A program made the translations under genes and the position numbers. Positions 10,930 to 34,625 of a DNA stretch of 64,000 bases are shown in pieces; position 1 is the stretch's first letter, and the number at the start of each line of letters is the position of its first letter. The stretch is from Antechinus flavipes (taxonomy: Eukaryota). Where the stretch lies: the NCBI RefSeq assembly GCF_016432865.1, contig NC_067400.1, positions 580,816,001-580,880,000 of the forward strand, written 5' to 3'. The notes beneath the pieces were generated by a model. That model ran no database searches. It was not told the origin of the DNA and was given only the letters and a program-made list of their open reading frames with translations.

Positions 10930-13155
10930 CTTTTTAATTTATAAAGGATGTTGTGCTGTTCGTTCTGTCCAGCAGGCCCCTATCTGCCTTTTCAGAAATG
11001 AGTCTGTACAAGAGATCTTCAGCATGTCTCCCAAACTCAATAGTAAAGTTAGAATCCTGATGTTGACGGTGAAAAATGACCCATTAGGAGGCAGGAGCAT
11101 TGACTCCAAGTGCTACTTCTGCCACTTAACTCATGTGAGAACCATGGGCAAGGCAGGTGACTGCTCTGAGCCTCACTTTCTGCCTCCTTAAGGTGGGAAT
11201 AATGGCTGGAGTGCCTCTATTGTTTTGTTCTGTTTTTTAAATGAAAGAAACTACTAAGTGATCTTATAGTGGAGCTCCAGACAAAACGGGGACCAGATCT
11301 TCCTCTGATGCTGACTCCATGGTGTCACACAAGGCCCTTGAGCCTCTCTCTTTTCTGTAAAACATTCTTGTAGCGTTTTGAATGAAATAAATGAAAGGGG
11401 TTGGCCCACGGTACACTCATTCTTAGATGTTGGAATAGTTCTCATGCTTGGCATTTCTTGGGACAATGTAGGTGTTCTTGTGTCCCATGGGATCAGTCAC
11501 TGTCTCAAATCTTAGGGCTTATGGCCACCCTGTGGGGCACAAAACCAAGTTTTATCTGCTTTCATGTTTCTATTTATATATGAGGCAGTTAGATGATTCA
11601 ATGAATGGAATACTGGCAAGAAGGCTCGAGTTAAAATCTGACCTGAATCACTTACAAGCTGTGTGATCCTGGACAAGTCACTTACCCTGTTCGATACTCT
11701 ACTGGAGAAAGAAATGGCAATTTACTCCAGTATCCCTACCGAGAAAACCCCATGGACATCATTGCTGTGCTACATATAGTCAACAGGGTCATAAAGAGTT
11801 GGACACAACTAACCTACTAAACAGTTCTGTTTGTATAGACAGTGAAAGAAATACCATTGAGTTTTGGTAACAGATCTTCCATGTGTTTCAGTGGTATTCA
11901 TTTTTTTAAAAAATTTTAGTGATACTAATTTAATTACTATATAAAATATAGACATAACATTAAATCATTACTGCTCTCATAAGCACTAATTTTTTTTTTT
12001 AATTTTAGGGTTTTACCTATATTAGATTGATTGCTGTCTAGGGGAAAAGGAAGAATGGAAGGGAGGGAGAAAATTTTGGAACACAGAGTTTTGCAAAGTG
12101 AATGCTGAAAACTATCTTCACATGTATTTGGAAAAATAAAAGGCTATTTTTTTTAATTAAGACTTTAGATTAAAACAAGTGACATTTAGATAGTGTATAT
12201 ATATTATGTGTATGTGTGTATACAAGTATTTATAGTATATACTATTTATATTATTTATAAGTATTTATAAGTATTAACTTTATAAGTATTAACTCATTTG
12301 ATCTTGATAAGAATCCTAGGAAGTAGGTGCTATTAATTTTATTCCCATTTTACAGATGAGTAAACTGAGGAAGTGACTTGGCTAGGGTCATACAACTAAA
12401 GAGTGCTTAGTACAGTACCTGGTACATTGTAGCTGCTTAATGTGTGTTTATTGAATTAAGGTCAAATTTGAACTCAGAGCCGTCCTACCTCCAACTCCAG
12501 AACCCTGTATGTTGCACCACCTAACTGCTCTTTGAATCGGACAGACTATTTAAATTGTGGTATCATAATTGACATATGCCAGAGCAAAGATGGTAATTTG
12601 ATTGCTGGTTTGTGAAATTATAAAATGGGAGTTTGTGGATCTGGTTCTTTGGGTATTCACTGGGAAAGCCCCACCGTGACAGCGGGAAATAAGGCTATAA
12701 TCACACTTTCCTAAAGCACAGAAGGTATCAGGATAAATGGTACAGAAACCAGCATGGGGGCAGATGGCTCAGAGATGGAAGCTAGGATGGTGAAGGAAGG
12801 CAGTAGCATGGGGAAAGCATGGTCAGACAGGAGAAGCAGAGAGCATCACTCATAGAACCTTGGATTAGAACTGGAAGCACTGGACATCATAGAGCCCGCA
12901 AAGAAGGAGGATTTGGGGGGAAGGCATGAATTTTAGGTCTTATTTTTACAAGATTTTTTGGGAAAACACTAATTCTTACTATCTACCTTTCAAATCATTT
13001 CAGAGTTGGTAGTAAAAACCTTAAAGTTAACTTGTCCACATTATCTCAAATTTATCAGCACCTTTTGATGTCCTGCAACTATCTGGAACTTGCCTGTGAT
13101 TTACGTATCACCGGACCAAAAACTTTGACTGCTTTATCTAGATAATGTCCCTTCA

Positions 13156-13623
13156 CTAACTGATGATGCTAAGTGAAATGAGCAGAACCAGGAGATCATT
13201 ATATACCTCAACAACGATACTGTATGAGGATGTATTCTGATGGAAGTGGATTTCTTCTGCAAAATGATCTAACTCAGTTTCAATTGATCAAGGATGGACA
13301 GAAGCAGCTACACCCAAAGAAAGAACACTGGGAAATGAATATAAACTGCTTGCATTTTTGTTTTTCTTCCCGGGTTATTTCTACCTTCTGAATCCAATTC
13401 TCCCTGTGCAACAAGAGAACTGTTCGGTTCTGCACACATATATTGTATCTAGGATATACTGTAACTTATTCAACATGTATAGGACTGCTTGCCATCTGGG
13501 GGAGGGGGCTGAGGGAGGGAGGGGGAAAATCAGAACAGAAATGAGTGCAAGGGATAATGTTGTAAAAAATTACCCAGGCATGGGTTCTGTCAATAAAAAG
13601 TTATTTAAATTTAAAAAAAAAAA
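13156..13623 (+). mobile_element. 5'-truncated L1
   Basis: ORF2 tail (ctgatgatgctaagtgaaatgagcagaacc), 3'UTR and poly-A. 17-bp TSD TAGATAATGTCCCTTCA (13139-13155) / TAGATAACGTCCCTTCA (13624-13640), differing only by a CpG transition. Confidence 0.93.
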
Positions 13624-13714
13624 TAGATAACGTCCCTTCATTCCATACAGATTACCAGGATGGATTTTTGATATAATATATGATACAATTTGTAAATTAT
13701 GTTCCTTTGACTTT

Positions 13715-13718
<4 letters not shown>

Positions 13719-13750
<32 letters not shown>
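13719..13750. repeat. (TG)16 microsatellite
   Basis: Direct reading of the sequence. Confidence 0.97.
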
Positions 13751-13753
<3 letters not shown>

Positions 13754-13933
13754 TAGAGATAAGGTGAAGAACTTCCAGCAGCTGCGTGTAGTAGAGATAA
13801 AGTGAAGAACTTCCAAGAATGTTTAAATTCCTCTTCTATATTTTAGTTTCTCTAGATCTCTGTGATCTGCATAAGTATGTTGAGTAGTAGCCAATATGTA
13901 CTTAGATTTTAGATATATGTATTTAACCTAGAA

Positions 13934-14301
13934 TGATGACATTTATCGCTGTTCAAGTTATCAATGTTTAGACAACTAGTTGCCTGATGTATGGTTCCTC
14001 CCGGAATTAGGGAATCTGCTGTTTTGGGCACGAATAACATCCAATTAAAGCGGGGGGTGGGGAGGGGCACCTATCTCTTAATGTTCTCCAACTCATGATG
14101 TAATCCTTTGTAACTAAAACCTATAAAAACCATATATCTTATCCCTTTCTTTAGCCCTTCTATCGTGAGCTCTCTCTCTTTCCCTCCTCGCAGTGGAATT
14201 GCTCATTCTCATGAGAATTAATTAAATAAACAACTTTTCTGCTTTTTACTTCAAGAGGTCTCTGAGTAGTCATTTTTGGACAGGATTTTCTATCCCTCAC
14301 A
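13934..14301 (+). mobile_element. Solo ERV LTR (5' boundary uncertain, may extend to about 13670)
   Basis: TATAAAA at 14122-14128, AATAAA at 14225-14230, ends ..CCCTCACA. No clean TSD found. Confidence 0.6.
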
Positions 14302-15634
14302 TTATGGACAGTTTATATATGACTTCCACTGTCCTCTTTGCAATCTTACTGCCATTGATCCTTTATACTGGCTACTTATAAACTTGCTATACTGGGGGAT
14401 CAGAACAAGGCACGATTTTAACACAATTGAAGCAGAACATCCCAGGAAGGACCAAAAATTGGCTTATCTAACATTCAATTCTAGTCTTTCCCATGACTTT
14501 CTCATCCAGCGAAATGTGAGATTTCATTAGCTACCTTGTTTTTCCAGAGAGTTGAAATATATAATACTTGAATAACTTTTAAATGCTATGCTTTATTTTT
14601 ATACATGTCAAATATCTTAGTTTTAAATATGATCTATTGTAAAGACAGATAATGTCCAGATCTTAAAATATAGAGAAGCCAACCTACGTAGTAAATATAG
14701 TATTTTGGAAAATAAGGTCTGAGAGTTTAATTGCTCCATTCATTATGAGTTCATTATACTCTTTTATAGTAGTATTATAAATACTTTAATAACTCTTCAT
14801 GAATCAGAATAGTTTACAACTGAATACAGTTATCAGTATTTTTAGAAAGCAGAACCTTTGTTATTGTTTAGCCTTCACTTCTCAAAGAAGACCTTTCAGG
14901 AAGGTGATGTCTTGACCTTCAAGTGAATTGGATTTAAGTGACAAAGTCATCAGTTTCACTCTTTCCACCAAAGTCATTAGAGTCCAGTGGCAAGACATGG
15001 GTCAAGATGACAGGGGATAGCACCAGCTGCAGTGAGAGACTCTGGCCTTTTTAAGCTAAGGTCTTTCCACGGTCTTGATTTGTCTGAAGCAATGCCTTCT
15101 TTATGAAGGCAAAGATGGCTTAGTTTGCCTTCATAAAGAATTAGTCTGATATATTGATTTAGTTGCCCTCTAGGAGATAGGTTAGGAGGGAGGAAGGGAG
15201 AAAAAAATTTGGAACACAAGATTTTGCAAGGATGAATATTGACAACTACCTAGGAATGTGTTTTGAAAATAAAAAACTTTTTTAAAAGAATTAGTCTCAT
15301 AATTTCTTAATAATTAAACCACATATTAAGCAGTCAAGAAAAATATTTTACAACTACCTCAATGCTGAAACCTTTTAAAGAAATTCAAAGCTTTTTTCAG
15401 GTCAAGTAATGATTACAACAGAACTTTAAGGTTTACAAAGTACTTTACAAATATTAACTCATTTGATCCTGAAATGAGGCTAAGAAGTAGATGCTATTAT
15501 TATCCCCATTGACCCAATTGAAATTAAGGTAAACGGAGGCAATTAATAAAATAACAGCAAAATTTCCAGCTACAAAGATATGTCTTCTGCTGATTAGTTA
15601 GCAATGCCACAGTCAGAATTTAGATTATATTATT

Positions 15635-16397
15635 TGAACCTCCCTGTCTGAAACCCCCTGAACCACATCCAACATGTATGATTCCAATTAGAAGATGATT
15701 CTAGGAGATATCACAGGACAATCTATTTCCCTTACCTTAGTATAGATGGACAATGGAGATGTTGAGGTACTACCCCGCACAGAGACACCAAAATGAAGAC
15801 ATTGCCCACCAAAATGATAGGTCTGGGGTGAGGCCCCCAAATCATATTGTGGTTATGGGCTGATGTTACAGGTCATTTCAAAAGAATTTGTAGGCTTATA
15901 GATCCCCCAAATCAAGGAGCAAAAATTTTATTACCTTGCTAAGAGCCGACTAAACCTATAAGAAGTTAGCAAGGAAAGGGGTTTTAACAATTAGCAAAGG
16001 AAAAGACAAATTCCCATTGGAACTTACAATTAACCAGAAGGAAAATGCCATTAAGGGGAAGGCCCCATAAGGTGGGATTACTCCATTGATGGGTGGGCTA
16101 AAGCTAAAAGGGATTTAGCAAGCCCCCCAAAGTTAGTTTTTATAAGGAGTAAAACACCAGGAGGCAGGAGTACCTCATGGTGGGCTAACCCTAAAAAGGA
16201 GTTAGCCAAAATCTATTCACTCACAGCTAAGAGATGGATGGACTATCACTTTCCCCTCCAAGTTAGCAGCTAGGAGGAGTGATCTAATTTGCTGACATTA
16301 AGTTTTCTGTTCTTGCCTTGGGGCCATTGCGTTTATTTAATGTGAATATTTAGCTTGGAAAAGATCAGTCTATGATCAGTCCTGCATTCTTGTCACA
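15635..16397 (-). mobile_element. Solo ERV LTR
   Basis: TG..CA termini with candidate 4-bp TSD TATT (15631-15634 / 16398-16401). Minus-strand AATAAA and TATA-like motifs (ttttatta, ttttataa on +). Confidence 0.6.
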
Positions 16398-16783
16398 TAT
16401 TGCCTTTATTACTCTCTCATCCTGCTTGTCTCTTCACCTTCCAATGACACAGACTATTAAATGCCAATAGTATGCATCAGTAAAGTTAATTATTGTGTTT
16501 AGGTAAATGGAAAATGTGATGAGGTCATGACATGAATAAGTCTTCAAAAGTAAATGACCAAAAAAAAAAAAAAATGAAGTGACCATTACTGTTTCTGACT
16601 CCATTGCTCTCCGGGATTCCCTGCCATGTCTAGTAGTATGTGCCTATTTTTGCAATAGCCATCCAGGAATGTAAGTTTGTCCTCTTTTGGAACATTAATG
16701 ATGAGGCTTTCCAGGTCCCCATAAAACTTTTCCTTGACCTTGTCAGTGTTAGTCATGGTAGAACTGGATAGATAGTATGGATT

Positions 16784-16940
16784 TTTTTTTTCTTATTTTT
16801 TTTTTTGCTGAGATAATTGGGGTTAAGTGACTTGCCCAGGGTCACACAGCTAGAAAGTGTTAAGTGTCTGAGGTCAAATTTGAACTCGGGTCCTCCCTGA
16901 CTTCAGGGCTAGTGCTCTATCCACTACACCACTTCGCTGC
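16784..16940 (-). mobile_element. WSINE1-like tRNA-derived CORE-SINE
   Basis: Poly-T followed by gctgagataattggggttaagtgacttgcccagggtcacacagctag..tttgaactc..ctctatccact. Confidence 0.9.
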
Positions 16941-17404
16941 TTATTTTTAAAGATGGTTTTACCAGAGTGTATCTGTTGGGCATGCTACAGCTTTTTGGAG
17001 CCACAGAACGTATCCCAGGTAAACATCAAAGGTGGATGAAGAACACCAAAGGTGCAAGTCTTTCTTGAACACCCTCTTGACAGAGGAATTAAGTGATTTC
17101 AGAAATTTATGGAAAATGTCAGAAATTTTAGAATGGCCAGACACAGAGAGAAAGAAGTCCTAAGTGAGTCCAATATGTGTATGTGTGTGTGTGTGTTCAT
17201 TCTGTCCTCTGCATTTGCCAAAAACAAGATTGTCTTCATTATTCTAAATCCAAGCATTGTCCCTCTTGAGAAAGACATGTCCAAATTGGTGGTTGCTTCT
17301 TGCCCTCAGGTCTTCAAGATTACCACTTTGAAATAAAAGAGGAACTTGGAATAAGGAAAATTGCACAACAGCTACACAATTTAAGGTGAATCTTGTTTTA
17401 TTTT

Positions 17405-17444
17405 GTTATTGAAGCTTTTTTTTTTTTTTAAAACATATGCCTGG
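17405..17444 (-). mobile_element. 3' tip of an old L1, split from its remainder (19057-19243) by the RHOV retrocopy
   Basis: ttgaagcttt..aaaacatatgcctgg joins seamlessly to ataatttttcagccttggtccttgcaaaacc at 19057. The joined sequence matches the reverse complement of the L1 end at 19449-19525. Confidence 0.75.
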
Positions 17445-17445
17445 G

Positions 17446-17618
17446 AACATATCTAACATATATAGGACTGCTTGCCATCTAGGGGAGGGGGTGGAGGGAG
17501 GGAGGGGAAAAATCGGAACAGAAACGAGTGCAAGGGATAATGTTGTAAAAAAATTACCCTGGCATGGGTTCTGTCAATATAAAGTCATTATTAAATAAAA
17601 TAAAATAAAATATTAAAA
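17446..17618 (+). mobile_element. 173-bp 5'-truncated young L1
   Basis: L1 3' end with (TAAAA)n tail. Perfect 16-bp TSD AAAACATATGCCTGGG (17430-17445 / 17619-17634). Confidence 0.95.
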
Positions 17619-17633
17619 AAAACATATGCCTGG

Positions 17634-19038
17634 GGAGGCTATCCAGGAGCAGAGCCTGACTGAAAGGAGACAGTTCAAGGCTGGAGGACTCAGGCCCGAT
17701 CCAGAGCCGGAGTCCCTGCTATACCAGGCCATTTTCCCCACCTGGGCCATCTCCAGTGGATCTTCCCTACACCTCGCCATTGGACCGGATAGCTGTGGAG
17801 CGGCCTCCGGTCCAGGCCCATCCCATGGCGGGGCAGAGCGCCCCTGGAGCTGGCATTAAGTGCGTATTGGTGGTGACGGGGTGGTGGGCGAGAGCAGCCT
17901 CATCATCAGCTATAGCTGCAGTGGGTCCCCAGCCTGCCACCGACCCGCTGCGCTGGTCAGCTCCCCGGGAGGTCTTGGCGGATGGGGCCCCTGTCCGGAT
18001 TGAGCTCTGGGACACAGCTGGACAGGAGGACTTTGATCCTCTGATCGCTCTGTTACCCAGACACAGGCCTTCCTGGCCTGCTTCAGTGTCGCAGCCTGGT
18101 TCCTTCCAAAACACCACAGAGAAATGGCTGCCTGAGATTCAAACCCACCCCCAGGCCCGGTTTGCTGGTGGGCACGCAGGCTGACTGGCGGGATGATGTT
18201 AATAAGTACTGATCCAGTTGGACCCGGGGCTGGGGAAACCCCGGTGCCTCATCCCCAGGCTGAGGGCCCGGGGACACCTGGAGGCTCCGCTCTGACTGAA
18301 AAGAACTGAAGGAGGCGCTTGCTGCAGCTGTCCTGGAGCACAGGGCCAGGCTGGGGAAGAAGCTCCCCGCCACCGAGGCCTTCTCTCCGGATGCAGACGG
18401 AGAAATTCTTGTGTCGTTGGAGCCCCTGCAGTGGGAGGGGAGCAGGAGGCTAGAGGCGCCGGAGCCGCGGGCCCACGGACATCCTGGGGCCGCGGGCACA
18501 AGCAGAGCCTGGGTTACCTCCGAGTGCCTGCTGATGTAGGAACAGAGAGCCGCTGCCCAAGACCATGACACTGGATTTAAGCGAGGGAGAGCTGGGCAGT
18601 CACCAGCCTCCCCTTTCCTCCATAGCTCTCCGGTCCAAGGCGAGACGCAGGGAAGATCCCCGGGAGATCCCCAGGTGGGGAAAGGGACCTTTAAAACCGA
18701 AATCTCTCCCAGATCCGTTTGTCTGAGGTCCCACCGTTCGGTGATTAAGCAGAGGTAGAACAGGTAAGAACCGAGACCTAATTAAAGAGTCTGGGAGGAG
18801 GCCCTCGGGGTGTCCGGCCCAAACAGACACAAGTGCTGTTTCCGTTCACACCACGGGGCCCAAACGCTGACCGACTGGGCCTGGGACCTAGGAGGGAAGG
18901 CACCTGGAGGCCGCCCCGGAGGGACAGCTTAGCCTCGAAAAAGCGGCGTATTCCTTCAGGTGACTGAGGGTTGGGGCAATGTAGAAGGGACTCTGTGGAG
19001 CCATGGCCACTAATAAACGTCTCACATGTCAAACAAGC
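17634..19038 (+). pseudogene. RHOV (pseudogene): Processed (retro)pseudogene of the Rho-family GTPase RHOV (Chp), including 5' and 3' UTR-like flanks
   Basis: Translated pieces GIKCVLV, DGAPVRIELWDTAGQEDFD, FQNTTEKWLPEI, ADxRDDVN, VLEHRARLGKKL and KFLC match RHOV. No intron at the AGQ|ED junction. Many frameshifting deletions, and the P-loop reads GES instead of GKS. AATAAA at 19012-19017 is followed by a decayed A-rich tail. Flanked by target-site copies (see findings). Confidence 0.9.
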
Positions 19039-19056
19039 AAACACGCGCGCGCCTGG

Positions 19057-19243
19057 ATAATTTTTCAGCCTTGGTCCTTGCAAAACCTTGTGTTCCAAGT
19101 TCCCCCTCCTCCCCCCCACCCCTTCCCCTAGATGGAGAGCAGCCCAATATACGTTAAACATAGTAGAAATATTTGTTCAATCCAACATATGCCTACATAT
19201 TTCTACAGTTCTCTCTCTGCCCAAGAAAAATCAGATCAACTTG
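19057..19243 (-). mobile_element. Old L1 3'UTR fragment (remainder of the element split by the retrocopy)
   Basis: ccttgcaaaaccttgtgttccaa..cccctagatgg..aagaaaaatcagatcaa. Confidence 0.8.
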
Positions 19244-19535
19244 CGATGACGGGAGCCGCCCACGCCCAGAGAGGACTGCGGAACTGAGCGATTCACAACC
19301 CGGCACTCTCACTCCTTCTGGTGGTGTTCGCATTTTGTTTTGATTCTCATTTTTTAACCAGCTTGATCTGATTTTTCTTTTTTTAACAGGTTTTTAACAT
19401 GTGTAACATGTGTTGGATTGCTTGCCATCTGGGGAGGAGGGGGGGGATTGGAACACAAGGTTTTGCAAGGGTCAATGTTGAAAAGTTATCCATGCATATG
19501 TTTTGGAAATTAAAAGCTTCAATTTAAAAAATTTT
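19244..19535 (+). mobile_element. L1 3'UTR fragment immediately upstream of the HMGCL promoter
   Basis: ttgatctgatttttct..ttgcttgccatctgggg..gaacacaaggttttgcaagggtcaatgttgaaaagttatccatgcatatgtttt. Confidence 0.8.
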
Positions 19536-19758
19536 TAAAAGAGCAGGTCGGTGCGGTCAGAAAACCGCTCTCCTATCGTCCGGGAATTGTGTGCCCCAAA
19601 GGACCACGAGGGGGAGCCGGCGGACAAGAACGGGTCGGGCAGTGCAGCGCCCCCGTCTGGGCGGGCGCTTCCAGGAGCTGGCCACGCCCCCGCGGTGAGC
19701 GCAACTCCTCCACGTGACCCAGCACGCACACGGCGCCTGCGTACTTCGGACACCTAGA

Positions 19759-32457
<12,699 letters not shown>

Positions 32458-33094
32458 CATCCCCTCTTCTCCCGTCTTCCCCAGCAGACTGGGCTAGCCA
32501 GACCCCGGCAGCAGCCAAGAGCTATCCCTCACTCATATTAAGGGACACACTAATAATAGCCCCAAAATGGAAGTGCCCCAGCTAGGGGAGCCATAGAAAA
32601 GGAATTGGGAAGGGACCTCTTTAGGAAATCAACTCAGTACACACGCCTGGAAGAACTTCCCCGAAGTAAGCTGAATGAATTGGGGCAGAGGAAGAATCTC
32701 CAAATTCTCCCCATGAAGAAGCTTTGGATCTAGAAGTTTTCCTGGTTCATTTTCCATCATCTTTGATGCTGAGAAGATGGACATCCTGAAGGTTGCTAAG
32801 AGAAGCCTTGGAACTCCTTCCTCATATCCTGCTAATCTTGAGTTTTTTCTTGGCCCCCTCTCCCAAGAGCTCAGCCTCTCCACCCAAACCTTTGGTCACT
32901 AACACCCCCATCTGTTACTGGGCCTATACTGGGTATAGGGCTTTGGTCCTGCTGAAAATTAAATCCTTCTTAAGATTTCCTGAAATGCTGCTGCCTGGTG
33001 CCATCCTGCCAATTCAGGACTGTGATCCTAGAAACTCAAGTGCCATTCTCTATGTGGAAATGATTTCTAAATGTATATCTCTATAATCAGTGTG

Positions 33095-33100
33095 AATAAA
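33095..33100 (+). terminator. Polyadenylation signal of HMGCL
   Basis: First AATAAA downstream of the stop at 32457. Confidence 0.6.
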
Positions 33101-33659
33101 AGATAGAATGACAAGCCTCAAGAACTCTACATGCTGTCTTGGGGGGAGCCAAGGGAGTAGAGATTGCTTTGCTTCTCAGCTTGGACATACAGTTTGAGGG
33201 GTGGGGGAAGTTGAGATTCTTGAAGGGGAGCAAGGATTCCAACATGAAGAGGGATTGAGCTGTAAGCTACTCTTCCCAATCATCCCCACCCCCGTAGGAA
33301 ATGGATTCAGCCTTTCAGACCACAGGAGCTTTGGAGTTTATGTTTATGGAGAAAAGGTAATGATGAAGATCTGTGGATGCTGGATGTGGAGTGGAACTGG
33401 AAATAATTCCAGATGCCATCTACTACACTTCTACAGGTGGGGAAAGTGAGGCCCAGGGAGGTGATTTTGCCCAAAGTCATAAAGGTAGTGTCAACAAATT
33501 CAGAGTTTACTGGATCATAGATTTAGGGCTGGCAGGGACCTTAGGACACTTATTTTACCAGTAAAACTGAGGCAAAGGCTCAAGTGGCTTCTTCGGGGTC
33601 ACACAGCATTTGATTTCATGTCCTCTTGACTTTAAGTCCAGTGCTCTATCCATTCTACC

Positions 33660-34620
33660 AAACTTATTAATTTCCTACTATGTACTCCTATGCTGTGCTA
33701 AGCACTGGAGATCCAAAGGCAAAAAAGTGCTACTGTCTCAGACTTCAAAGTATCTACCTTGGAGAGAGAACATGCATGTGTAAATATATTCAGGATGTAA
33801 TCAAATACAGTCTAGCCCTGACAGCTGTAAGGTCTGGGGAAATCTTCAAATGTAGATGGAAGCCCTTTATTTGAGGCTTGAAGGTATCTAGGAAGTCTGG
33901 AGTAAAAATGAACAAAGTATGCATGGTAGCTGTGGGGGGCAACTTGGGAAAAGTCAAGGAAACCAGGAACAGAGTGGAAAGAGGAGTCAGATGGTGAGGG
34001 GTGGAGTTTATTATAGATATTGGAAGGAACGGGAGGCCATTGGACTTTAGTGAGGAGAGATGACAGGGTCATAACTATGCTTTAGGAGAATCATTTTGGG
34101 GAGTGTGGGCTAGAGGCAGACCACATGGAGGCTTTTGCCATAGTCTCAACATGGCCTTCATTAAGGTGTTAATGGGATGAGTGGAGAATAGGAGAAACAC
34201 TGGAGGAATAGGGAGGTGGAACTAAATTTGACGTCTAATTGGCTATAAGGGGTGAGTGAGGGTTGGGGTTGAGGATGACACCATGTTGATGAGCCTGAGT
34301 GCCCAACACAGAAGCATGAATTTGGGTGAGAGGACAGTAAGAGTTCTGTTTTGGACACATGGAGGTCGAGAGGGCTGCCAGACTCCATCAGAATGTCCAC
34401 TAGGCATCTGATGAAGCAAGACAAGTTCTGGAGAGGACCTAGAAAGAGATGTATCTGTAGACCTGAGAGTCCTCTCCATAGAGATGATAACTAACCTCAT
34501 GGAACTGATGAGGTCACCAAGTGAGAGGGGTGAGAGAGAATCTATCGTAAAGAGAAGACTGAGTTGAAACGGGTGGGAGGAGAAAGAGGAGAGAGTAGTC
34601 ACTAATACCCAGGGAGAGGA
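33660..34620 (-). mobile_element. L2 remnant
   Basis: Typical L2 purine-rich strand (gggaggccattggac..gagatgtatctgtagacctgagagtc..actgatgaggtcacc). Boundaries approximate. Confidence 0.6.
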
Positions 34621-34625
34621 TATAA

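Noticed and set aside
17756-18184. 142-aa ORF as a functional Rho GTPase retrogene
   Set aside because: Only short stretches are in the RHOV frame. The P-loop is frameshifted and reads GES, and the G4/G5 motifs and C-terminus are in other frames.
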